64,000 nt of DNA, taken from contig NW_018408902.1 in NCBI RefSeq assembly GCF_002113885.1, positions 1,078,550 to 1,142,549 on the forward strand, in the 5' to 3' direction. The stretch comes from Mizuhopecten yessoensis (lineage: Eukaryota). Positions 12,101-22,891 of the stretch are shown in pieces. Below the pieces are notes generated by a model that was not told where the DNA came from, did not search any database, and saw only the letters and a list, made by a program, of their open reading frames with translations. The stretch's first letter is position 1; every line of letters starts with the position of its first letter. Position numbers and translations under genes: made by a program.

Positions 12101-13764
12101 ATTAAGGGTTCTGTAGGTATCATACCTCAAAATACTGCTGCTGTCATTGCATGTACAGTTTAGCTCATCTGGCTTTATGATAAATTAAGTAAGCTTATGC
12201 TGTGGCGCAGCGTCTGCTATCCGTCCATATTTTTTACTTTTAAAACCAGCCTAGAACAGATTGGTGGATTTTTACTGAATTTTGTATGATTTGGCTTAAT
12301 ACTCTACAAAGAAAATGAAGATAAGACTTTAAATCGTGTTCCTTCAGTATAGGAAACGGTATTCGGGGAATTAGATCTGAAAGGCCTGTCACACACTACT
12401 GATGTACTAAATTAAAGCACTTGGAAAATTGACCGTAGCAATACCGATGTAGCATACGTACCGGCGTTCACGTTGTGATACCGTTGTAGCCGATGTGCTA
12501 CCGAATACCACTTTTCTGTCACCCTAGCGTTACCGATGCGCCGCTGATGTTACACCAAAGCATCAGTACTACTTCGGTGGTATTCAGTAGTACATGTACT
12601 ACGCGTTATCACATCGGTACCAGTACGGTACACATTGAGGCCACCGGAGAGCCGTCGATCCATTTAATTTGCTTACGGGGCGCAACCGGTGCTCTACAGA
12701 CATTAACGAAGCCATACCGGAGTACTATCAGTGTAGTCCCCTTGCTATGTTCTGACCACAGGGGCACGTTACAAATGTCTGAAATACACACATATGCTAT
12801 ACTGATATGGGTCACAAAACACATAAACATAGGCACGTTACAAATGTCTGAAATACACACATATGCTATACTGATATGTGTCACAACACACATAAACGTG
12901 TGTTGTGACCCATATCAGCATAGCATATGTGTGTATTTCAGACATTTGTAACGTGCCCCTGTGTTCTGACGATGTACTGCCGTTCTTATGGTGTAATAAC
13001 GTCACGCTGCCGTACTAGTACCGATCCCCCGAAAATCGCCTCTGAAGCATTGTTGGTTCAAACAACTCAAGTTTGTAAACAAAACATGGGGCAGATGGGT
13101 GGGGACATATATATGGAAAGGTAATTCTAGAAAATATTACTCTAAGGGATATTGGTCTGTAAAATATATAGGACAAGAGGACTCAATGTTGCATATATGG
13201 AGGGAGTGGACCTGTCGGGGCAGAGGTGGAGGAGGCTTAATGGTTTAAATCAGATCAAAAAAGATTCCTTCAAAATCCTACTCGTACATAATAGTTCGAT
13301 TGATTTTAAACATACTTGGTATTCATGAATGTTTGATACAATGGTACAGTCCTGCAACTGGGGACTTGGTTCCAGGGTCATAACAAAAGCCCTTATAACC
13401 ATATGTACAGTATACGGAACTAAGCGAAATTTGCTATGAAACATCCTTGGTGTTTGGGACCTTGAAATCAATTCATGTATGTAGAAAGAGGGTAGGTCCC
13501 CTGGAGGCTGATGTACAAGGCACAAATGGGGGAGGGTTGATAGTATTTCGGTTGTTTAAGTATTTAAAACCTACTCCTACCAACGAATTGATCATATTTT
13601 AACCAAATTTGCTATGAAGCATCCTTTAAACCTGGGAATCAAATTGTATGTATATAAAAAGGGTGGTGTCTCCCGGAGTGCTAAGAGGTAGAACCCAGTA
13701 TAAGGAAATATGTGCAATATCAATGAGAAGTTTTACCACGATTGCCTAATTTGTAAGATGATGC

Positions 13765-13796
<32 letters not shown>

Positions 13797-14075
13797 ATGA
13801 GATGATGATGATGATGATGATGAAATGATGATGATAATGATGAGATGATGATGATAACGATGAGATGATGATGATAATGATGANNNNNNNNNNNNNNNNN
13901 NNNNNNNNNNNNNNNNNNNNNNNNNNNNNNNNNNNNNNNNNNNNNNNNNNNNNNNNNNNNNNNNNNNNNNNNNNNNNNNNNNNNNNNNNNNNNNNNNNNN
14001 NNNNNNNNNNNNNNNNNNNNNNNNNNNNNNNNNNNNNNNNNNNNNNNNNNNNNNNAATGATGATGATCATGATGA

Positions 14076-14109
<34 letters not shown>

Positions 14110-14591
14110 ATGATGATGATGATGAAATGATGATGATGATGATGATGAAATGATGATGATCATGATGAGATGATNNNNNNNNNNNNNNNNNNNNNNNNNN
14201 NNNNNNNNNNNNNNNNNNNNNNNNNNNNNNNNNNNNNNNNNNNNNNNNNNNNNNNNNNNNNNNNNNNNNNNNNNNNNNNNNNNNNNNNNNNNNNNNNNNN
14301 NNNNNNNNNNNNNNNNNNNNNNNNNNNNNNNNNNNNAGATGATGATGATAATGATGANNNNNNNNNNNNNNNNNNNNNNNNNNNNNNNNNNNNNNNNNNN
14401 NNNNNNNNNNNNNNNNNNNNNNNNNNNNNNNNNNNNNNNNNNNNNNNNNNNNNNNNNNNNNNNNNNNNNNNNNNNNNNNNNNNNNNNNNNNNNNNNNNNN
14501 NNNNNNNNNNNNNNNNNNNNNNNNNGATGATGATAATGATGAGATGATACGATGATGATGATGATGATGATGATAACATTTTCGGATGCTG

Positions 14592-14636
<45 letters not shown>

Positions 14637-15056
14637 CGTAATGCAAATGTCAAAAAAAGGCTTGAAACAAAAATGAAAAAAAATGAGGTCCAACGTAATG
14701 AGTGTAATACATAGTTACAGTTTTTGACATTGACAAGGAGGTCATTAGTGCGCTACTAAAATGAATATTTATAGGCGTGAAAATCTGTATGCATATAGAT
14801 CTTTGACCTTAACATTGATTGTTATATTATGATTCTGTGCTTATTGCTTTCTTCGATTTTAGTTGATAAGTTTTGTTTAAATTATCCTTTGGTTATTTAT
14901 AACTGCATACTGTTCTTGCTTTCCTTTCACCATTTGAAGTTGACTTACCTCTAATTTGCCAATAGCTACAAACGTAGCGCTAGGGTTTTCAAGTTGAAGT
15001 CGTTCTTTTAGTAAATTGCTGGCATAGGCGAAATAAAGAAATGTTTCCGAATCCAT
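9192..15056 (-). CDS. Gamma-glutamylcyclotransferase-like paralogue (GGCT-2), 3 coding exons, 173 aa
   Basis: Exons 15056-14949 (MDSETFLYFAYASNLLKERLQLENPSATFVAIGKLE), 10015-9870 (NYRFCFD...VWGVVWRLDKDDMDSLNR), 9459-9192 (QEHEHQP...RPSPQYKEIILLGARQ...DNNYQG); first two exon lengths (108, 146 nt) and intron phases identical to GGCT-1; frame open to TAA. Confidence 0.92.
10100..10932 (+). mobile_element. HINE/Helentron-like remnant in GGCT-2 intron 1
   Basis: Ends GATGAACGATACAAGACCTCTTGT, like the reverse-complemented terminus GGTGAGCGATACTGGGCCTCTTGT of the 60961 element; ~10320-10365 matches that element's 135-bp unit in reverse orientation; left boundary approximate. Confidence 0.6.
11136..11310 (-). 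pseudogene. Decayed duplicate of GGCT-2 exon 1 and 5' flank
   Basis: Reads HYFTLVSNLLKERLQLENDSAH-stop; GGATTCGGAAACA and TTACTAAAAGAACGACTTCA shared with exon 1; ATG changed to GCG, 5-nt deletion, no donor site; flank GTAAAGTTTGTTGTAGTTTCTG resembles 15101-15123. Confidence 0.8.
12382..13050. mobile_element. GC-rich non-autonomous DNA transposon fragment (Harbinger-like left end)
   Basis: Abrupt CpG-rich segment beginning AGGCCTGTCACACAC with recurring ACCGATG/GTACTAC motifs; matching right TIR not found; hosts MITE A copy 2. Confidence 0.4.
12757..12963. mobile_element. Foldback MITE family A, copy 2 (left arm tandemly duplicated)
   Basis: CACAGGGGCACGTTACAAATGTCTG...CAGACATTTGTAACGTGCCCCTGTG; perfect 7-bp TSD TTCTGAC at 12750-12756 and 12964-12970. 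Confidence 0.92.
13757..14636. repeat. (GAT)n microsatellite with three N gaps and a short (GCT)n tract
   Basis: Seen directly; assembly gaps mean true length is unknown. Confidence 0.95.
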
Positions 15057-15549
15057 TTCCTAGGAGAATTTTATCAGACTCGCATTGCAACGAGCGTCCC
15101 GGTAAATGTTGTTGTGGTTTCTGTTTTTAAGGACTGATCGTTATCTGTTTTAATAATCGCTCTGTGTCACAATATTTATTCGGATATATATGCGTATCCC
15201 AGCTTTTTACATTTTGTTCAATTTATTTTTAATCGTCACACTAGTAACTTCACACGTACGCCAAAAATAGGTACATTTAACCATGATACCCACATATAAA
15301 TGTTTTCCAATACCCAAATAGAAAATTGGAACTTACTTAATTTGTATATATGTAATTTAGATATAATGAACTTTTACATTTAGCTATCAAAATGGTACGT
15401 AGCCAGGTTAACGTAGTCACTAACACGGCATTAGGCTGACGACTTCATACAAATAAGTCACCGGATGTATATCATGTCAATCTTCTTTGCTATATAACTG
15501 AATGCTACGAAGTGACATTTTAACTTAAGTTCATATTTATGCCTATGTA

Positions 15550-15648
15550 CATCGTCGGATACCCACGGTTGATTTCGCTTCGCTTCGGTACTCACTCATC
15601 ATGATGAATGAGTACCGAAGCGAAATCAACCGTGGGTATCCGACGGTG
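15550..15648. mobile_element. 99-bp hairpin MITE (family B) upstream of GGCT-2
   Basis: CATCGTCGGATACCCACGGTTGATTTCGCTTCG...CGAAGCGAAATCAACCGTGGGTATCCGACGGTG; flanks GCCTATGTA / ACCTGTGTA match 7 of 9 (possible 9-bp TSD). Confidence 0.75.
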
Positions 15649-15984
15649 ACCTGTGTAGTGCGGAGCTTAATTTAACCAGCCTCAATCGGGATAGATGTTG
15701 CCATGCGAAACCACTAAAATCCTAGTAAAATTCCCTTGTAATATATTTTAACAGATAATAAATAGGAAAACAAATGCTAAGTACCCTAGATCGCTAAATC
15801 ATCTTTACATTATGGACTATTTAATAACATTATGTGATGAATACGCTAGACATGTTACAAATATTGAAACTGAAATGTGTTATGATGTTTATAACCTGTC
15901 TAGCTTTTTGATAACAACATCAAATGTTACGAAATGACACTTTATATAACGTTTCTGCTTGCAATACGTACAGCCACAAGGCTC

Positions 15985-17833
15985 TTGGTTTTACACATAT
16001 ATATACCCGTACAATGTGTTACTCAGACCTTGGTTTTACACACACATATATATATATCGGTACGATGTGTTACTCAGACCTTGGTTTTACACACATATAT
16101 ATATCGGTACAATGTGTTACTCAGACCTTGGTTTTACACATATATATACCGGTACAATGTGTTACTCAGACCTTGGTTTTACACATATATATATCGGTAC
16201 AATGTGTTACTCAGACCTTGGTTTTACACACACATATATATATATCGGTACGATGTGTTACTCAGACCTTGGTTTTACACACATATATATCGGTACAATG
16301 TGTTACTCAGACCTTGGTTCTACACATATATATACCGGTACAATGTGTTACTCAGCCCTTGGTTTTACACATATATATACCGGTACAATGTGATACTCAG
16401 ACCTTGGTGTTATACACACATATATATACCCGTACAACGTGTTACTCAGACCTTAGTTTTACACACATATATATACTGGTACAATGTGTTACTCAGACCT
16501 TAGTATTACACAATGTGTTACTCAGATCTTGGTTTCACACATATATATATACCGGTACAATGCGTTACTCAGACCACAGGGGCACGTTACAAATGTCTGA
16601 AATACACACATATGCTATACTGATATGGGGCACAACACACATAAACATACACGTGTGTTGTGACCCATATCAGTATAGTATATGTGTGTATTTCAGACAT
16701 TTGTAACGTGCACCTGTGCTCAGACCTTGGTTTTACACATATATATACCGGTACAATGTGTTACTAAGACCTTGGTTTTACACACATATATATATATATC
16801 GGTACGATGTGTTACTCAGACCTTGGTTTTACACATATATATACCGGTACAATGTGTTACTAAGACCTTGGTTACACACATATATATACCGGTACAATGT
16901 GTTACTCAGACCTTGGTGTTATACACACATATATATAACGGTACAATGTGTTACTCAGACCTTGGTGTTATACACACATATATATACCCGTACAACGTGT
17001 TACTCAGACCTTGGTTTTACACATATATATATACCAGTACAACGTGTTACTCAGACCTTAGTTTTACACACATATATATACTGGTACAATGTGTTACTCA
17101 GAATTTGGTTTTACACACATATATATACCGGTACAATGTGTTACTCAGACCTTGGTGTTATACACACATATATATAACGGTACAATGTGTTACTCAGACC
17201 TTGGTGTTATACACACATATATATACCCGTACAACGTGTTACTCAGACCTTGGTTTTACACATATATATATACCAGTACAACGTGTTACTCAGACCTTAG
17301 TTTTACACACATATATATACTGGTACAATGTGTTACTCAGAATTTGGTTTTACACACATATATATACCCGTACAATGTGTTACTCAGACCTTGGTGTTAT
17401 ACACACATATATATACCCGTACAATGTGTTACTTAGACCTTGGTTTTACACATATATATACCAGTACAACGTGTTACTCAGACCTTAGTTTTACATATAT
17501 ATATATATATCGGTACAATGTGTTATTCAGATCTTAGTTTTACACAATGTGTTACTTAGATCTTGATTTTACACATATATATATACCCGTACAACGTGTT
17601 ACTCAGACCTTGGTTTTACACAATGTGTTACTTAGATCTTGATTTTACACATATATATATACCCGTACAATGTGTTACTCAGACCTTGGTTTTACACAAT
17701 GTATTACTCAGACCTTAGTTTTACATATATATATATACCGGTACAATGTGTTACGCAGGCCTTGGTTTTACACACATATATATACCCGTACAATGTGTTA
17801 CTCAGACCTTGGATTTACACACACATATATATA
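15985..17833. repeat. ~43-49-bp minisatellite with variable (CA)/(TA) core
   Basis: Unit CTCAGACCTTGGTTTTACACA(CA)n(TA)nCCGGTACAATGTGTTA, roughly 35-40 copies; explains the repetitive ORFs in the track. Confidence 0.97.
16575..16718. mobile_element. Foldback MITE family A, copy 3, inserted in the minisatellite
   Basis: CACAGGGGCACG...CGTGCACCTGTG; perfect 7-bp TSD CTCAGAC at 16568-16574 and 16719-16725; neighbouring repeat units show the empty site. Confidence 0.93.
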
Positions 17834-20221
17834 TTTGTCATGGGGATGAATCTTATCATCAAGGCAGAAGGACGGGAAACCAGGGGGCCCAGGACAGAAT
17901 CAGGAATCTACAAACCATCGAATCGAGGTTTAATGGATGACCTGACTGTGACTACCACCACACATGTCCAAGCAAGATGGATTCTCTCTGCATTGGAGGA
18001 GGTAGTCGCATGGGCGAGGGTGAAATTCAAGGCAAGAAAATCAAGGTGCATGATAATGAGGAAGGGACGACTGACACAACAGTTCAAGCTGAAAGTACAA
18101 GGGAAAGAGATCCCATCAATTGCGGACAACCCAATCAAGTGCCTAGGAAAGTGGTTTGATGCATCACTGAAAGATACCAGCAACATCAGTAGCATGTAGA
18201 AGCAGGCAATTGAGTGAATGAGGAAGATTGACAAGTCAGGCCTGCCAGGAAAGTTCAAGGCATGGATCTTCCAACATGGACTGCTGCCGAGACTCATGTG
18301 CCCCTGATGCTATATGAGGTTCCTTTGACAACAGTGGAAGACTGGAAAGATCCATCAGCAGCTACCTGAGGAGGTGGCTTGGTGTCCCGCCCAGTTTCTC
18401 CAGCATTCGGCTCTACAGCCGGACATCATCTGCGAGATTAAAAGGACGAGAAGAAAAGAAACGCAGGAATCCAGACTAGGACAGGAAGGAAATAGTCTGA
18501 AAGCCAGTCTGTGGAGCAGGCCGAGGGCGCTCTCAAGCACCGGGACATCGTCGGAGCAACCTGCTCAGGACGGCAAGGGTTGGGGACAACCCATTTTCAG
18601 ACGAGGGAAGGATCAGATGATAAGAGAAAAGATTTCTGGTACAGGAAGAAATCCGCAGAGAAGAAGAAGGGACCAGGAAAGCAAGGGCAGTGGAAATGGG
18701 AGCATGGACGAAATGGAAGCTGTCAGAGCGAAAACTTACATGGACAGACCTGTGGCGCTATGAACCATTGAGGATCCAGTTCCTGTTGCGGTCGGTATAT
18801 AACACTTTATTACCCCTTTGAGAAAAATCTAGGAATCTGATTGGTTAAAAACTACAGTGTACCAAACCGCATTCGTAAATCTCAGGGGGTATACGAAAAT
18901 TTCAGGGGGAATACGGTCATGTCACGTGATTCTCAGCAGTAATACGGTGGAATCACGTGATTTAACAAGGGGGTATGCGGGTCACGTGTCTTTGTTTCAT
19001 GCGGCCGAGCAACTGGAGACAACTCGCATTCGTCGTCTGCTTTGCTGTTTACAAAATGGCAAAACGTTTTGCTTCGCATACTGATGAGGAAATACTCGCC
19101 AAAAGGGCTAACTATGTGCCACAAAACACACAAAAGTCGAATAGACGAGCGGTAAACATGCTAAAGACGTATTTAAAAGAAAAGAATCAGGAAGAACAGT
19201 TCGAGGAATTTGATAAAACGAAACTAAATGAGGTACTGTGCCATTTTTATCTTGACAACAGAAAAGTTGACGGGGAACTGTACAAAACCAATATAAAAGA
19301 CTATTACACGGATTCGTTACACGGATTTTTGGCAGGGTATACGGGATGGTATTACCTTACAGGATTTCGTATTTCCTTTGGCCTATCGGCCTAAGGAAAT
19401 ACGAAACCCTTTAGGGTCATACCATCCCGTATACCCTGCCAAATCATCTGTGGGGACTAGTTGAAGAGCCAAAGTGTCGGCTATGTCAAGAACGTGGGAC
19501 CATGGGCCATATCCTTTCGGCATGCAAGACAGCGCTAACACAGTGACGATACCGGTGGAGACATGACCAGGTGCCTCGGGAATAAGCAGATGTTCTCGAG
19601 GTGGAAAGGAAGAAGAAGAGACCACCTCGTAAGCACAAACCGGTTTATAAAAGCAGGGGAGAAGGAGACGAAAGCAACATCAGGCAACACTGGCATTCTG
19701 GAAGGAGCAGAGACATGGGAGATGGGAGTCGACCTGGAAAAGAAATTGGTGTTTCCGGACGTCGTACAGACAACGCTACGTCCAGGTGTGGTGATATGGA
19801 CTGCCGAATCCAGGCAGATTATAGTCATCGAGCTGACTGTGCCCTGGGAGGAGTGATGCGACCAGGCCAATGAGAGAAAGAAAGCCAAGTATACGGAGAT
19901 CACGGAACAATGTAGGGAGCGAGGGTGGCGTACTTGGCTGTTTCCTGTGGAGGTCGGATGCAGAGGGTTCCCGGCACGCTCAGCCTGTAAGACATTGCAG
20001 GCTGTGGGATTAGTCGGAAAGACACGCAGGCTGCCGAGCGCGATCATACTGGTTGTGGAACAGACGGGAGGAGAAAGACTGGAAGCCATCCATTGACGGG
20101 AAGTGAGTTGATCGCCACTGTCGACCCACCATCACGAGGACATTCTGGGACAAGGGTTGAAACGTCTAGAGACTGATGGACCCGGCTGATGATGTCAATG
20201 GATTCCGAGTATTTCACCAAC
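17834..20221 (+). mobile_element. 5'-truncated, decayed RLE-type non-LTR retrotransposon (HERO-like)
   Basis: RT LMDDLTV, PIKCLGKWF, SGLPGKFKAWIFQHGLLPRL; CCHC knuckle CRLCQERGTMGHILSAC; RYRWRHDQV; restriction-like endonuclease LRP(G)VVIW...IELTVPWEE...KKAKY...FPVEVGCRGF; multiple stops and frameshifts. Confidence 0.88.
18810..19443 (+). mobile_element. Internally deleted Crypton-like (DUF3504-type) element nested in the LINE
   Basis: Splits LINE coding sequence between RSVYNTL and HLWGL; ATG 19056 gives MAKRFASHTDEEI...VPQNTQKS...LCHFYLDNRKVDGELYK, resembling the N-terminal part of DUF3504/Crypton proteins; ends in a ~115-bp hairpin (19328-19443); no TSD. Confidence 0.7.
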
Positions 20222-20223
20222 TA

Positions 20224-20356
20224 TATATCGCAGCCTCCCAAAAGCACACACGCATACACTACACGCATGCATCTTGCACACAGGAGAGGCCGTTCTTAAA
20301 TGACAATAGCTGTTGATAGGACGTTAAACACTAAACCAAACCAAACCAAACCAAAC
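20224..20356 (+). mobile_element. SINE 3' half with (CCAAA)n tail
   Basis: Closely similar to the reverse complement of 40930-41058; ends GCTGTTGATAGGACGTTAAACAC(TAAAC/CAAAC)n. Confidence 0.8.
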
Positions 20357-20886
20357 TCAACATTGATATTGTCGGTCGATAACTTTCTTTCAAAATACGA
20401 AAACGGAGTTGAATGTATGCCTTTATAAATTTCACCACGTACAACGGCTTCATAAACACGATTACATATTAAAATCCTATTAAACTATCAAGCTACTTGA
20501 CAACTTATTTAAATAAGTATTGCGTGTACTTTTTTACCTTAACTAGCTGTTTATTTTCCATATTCCAATAGTGCTATTTTTATCCCATTTATCTGGGTAA
20601 AGATAACCTATTTAGATTATTTACTGTCGGTTTAATTTGTTAACACACACACACACGTTTTTTTAAGATCGATTGACTATTTGTCAGCCAAACGCTTATC
20701 TACGCTTTCTTTACGTTTACAGTTAAAAAGGTTTAGTTAAATATTCGTCATGATTATTTGCAATATTGGTCTCAAAATGTTCATTGTTTACATTGTAGTC
20801 AGTAGTATTAATTTATATCTTATATATTATAAGCATGCTCGAAATCAGGAATGACAATAAAAGTATGCATAGAATACACGTAAACA

Positions 20887-21409
20887 CAGGGTATCCCGAT
20901 ACAATGAATCAGACCAGGCACAATTAACGCAGAGTTAATTTATCAGGGTGTAGGAAGGTGAGTGGAATTAAGCTTTCCGAAAAATAAAGTCATACAATAT
21001 GGTCTTTATTTCGGTTTATTTGAAGTTAACGATTGGTGACATCGTACGCCCTGCTCCTTTAACTCGGTATTACTCGTAAGTCTTCAGTTAATTTAACAAA
21101 TCGTTAGTAACTATGAGAAATAGTTCAAGAAAGGACAGAAAACGTTTTATTGGTAATACAAGTGTAAATATTACCGCAAATAAACAGTGAAAAAAAGTTA
21201 AATGACTCAGGAAATACCTGCAACAGTTTCATTTCTACTCCAAATCACAAATATGCAAATTAATTATCAGTCTTTAAAGTAACATTTAGTTAAATAAACT
21301 GAAATAAGGACCGTTGTATATCTGAATTTTCAAAATATTTCCACTCGAAGCTAATAAATTTGACTGCGTTATTTATGCCTAATGCGGTTAATTGTATCGA
21401 ATTTCCCTA
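20887..21409. mobile_element. Old MITE with ~140-bp degenerate TIRs
   Basis: Left CAGGGTATCCCGATACAAT...GGCACAATTAACGCAG...GGTCTTTATTTCGGTTTATTTGA versus reverse complement of right end TAGGGAAATTCGATACAAT...GGCATAAATAACGCAG...GGTCCTTATTTCAGTTTATTTAA. Confidence 0.65.
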
Positions 21410-22799
21410 TTGAGCACTTTCCCATCGGAGGAAAAGCCGTTGAAAAAAATGTGTTTTTATTTTTGTTCATTGTTATGCATAATGGTTGTTCAGCATTTCT
21501 TAACATTTTGCATATTAATTAGTCATTTTCTCTTTCATTCTTAAATACCCCCAAGGAAGATCGGTCATCCAGTCAAGGTACCGTCACTAGACAGGAATCT
21601 AATACAGTTACTACATTGTAGACTGGACATCATATACTCAGTACATGACACATCTTGTTATTTTCGGGTTGGTTCGAAATCCAGGATCCGGTTACTATAG
21701 TGACGGTCTGATTTGATGAGATATTTTCGGGTATTTACCACCAAACGTTACGATTCGAAATCCAAGATGGCCATCCTGTCATTATCTGTTTGGTTGATTT
21801 GACATTTTCGTTAAGATCTAATTCTCAAGTTTCACCTCTCAATCAATTAATTCTGTAGTTCATTATGAAATTGTAAATCTTTTTTTTTTTTTTTAATAAA
21901 TACACTTTTACTGCATTTTGAAAGACATAGATTTCTATATATAGAGGGCCATTCAATCATTTATTAGCTTCAAGTTTGGACTTATTGGACTGATTATCAG
22001 ATTTCGACTATAAGCAATCACACCTTTGGGATTGAAGCCGGTAAGAATAAAAAGATTTCAGAAGCAACAGAAAATAAAAATATTATAAAATTCTGGACGA
22101 TGAAAAACATCTTTTCCCATTGTTTATCTAGAATTAAAATCTCAGAAACAATTAATTGCTTACTCCGTATCGAAAGAAGAACACATAAACAATGTATATT
22201 GAACTCTTTTTTTTTATGAGGGATATTAACCTCTTTACTTAACAGTCACTTGAACAACGGAATTGGAACTAAGTCCGCGCTTGAACTGAGAAAGGTGGAC
22301 TTGCTTGTTCAAGTCATTAATGATCGATGCATCAGATATTTTAGATAAATTTAGGATAATATGTCTATCCACTGAATAAGATTGTTATCTAAGTCCGTGG
22401 TCTATCATAATTGAGACTGGATTTTTCACTAATACTGTACTGTAGATATATTCCAACTATTAATGTTTGTGCTGCTTTGTATTGATATGCGCTGTCTTCA
22501 ACTTACCTTGGCAGTACAAAAGTGGAAATAAAAGTTATTATCATAAAAAGGTATAACGTTAAGCGATACATTTTATCAGGCCTCTTATTCAATAAATTAG
22601 ATAATATACTTTTGACCTGTTTGTACCCAAAATTGTCGCACTTTTCGTAGGCCAGCACATGTTGTTCACAATAAGCTTACATATTCGAGATAAACACGAC
22701 ATATTATTTATGTACAAACGGTTTATTGAAAATTCTCGAACTTGTAATTACCTGCTATAGGTAAAATACCCCATTACGGGCCTCTTCTATGTGTTGATA

Positions 22800-22836
22800 C
22801 GCATGCGCAAGTATCGAAGCTAAATATACTTCCTGT
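22800..22836 (+). promoter_or_regulatory. Putative HSBP1 promoter motifs (NRF1-like, ETS-like)
   Basis: CGCATGCGCA at 22800-22809 and ACTTCCTGT at 22828-22836, 55-90 bp upstream of the ATG; motif match only. Confidence 0.5.
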
Positions 22837-22891
22837 AAAAATCTTTACCCCGACTGTCAGAACAACATCAAGTTCGAAAGAAGACGAAAGC

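Larger units (their letters stand above)
12159..13730 (+). mobile_element. Degenerate HINE/Helentron-like element interrupted by nested insertions
   Basis: Starts TTTAGCTCATCTGG...GTAAGCTTATGCTGTGGCGCAGCGTCTGCTATCCGTCC (cf. reverse complement of 62600-62680); internal repeats with AAATTTGCTATGAA.CATCCTT and GGTTGTTTAAGTATTTAAAA shared with 10600-10780. Confidence 0.55.

Noticed and set aside
13720-14693. Poly-His/Ile/Ser/Asp ORFs
   Set aside because: Translations of a (GAT)n microsatellite and N gaps.
15924-17537. Long repetitive ORFs (up to 268 aa) and CRISPR-like appearance
   Set aside because: Minisatellite open in several frames; variable parts are dinucleotide slippage, not unique spacers; no cas genes; eukaryotic context.
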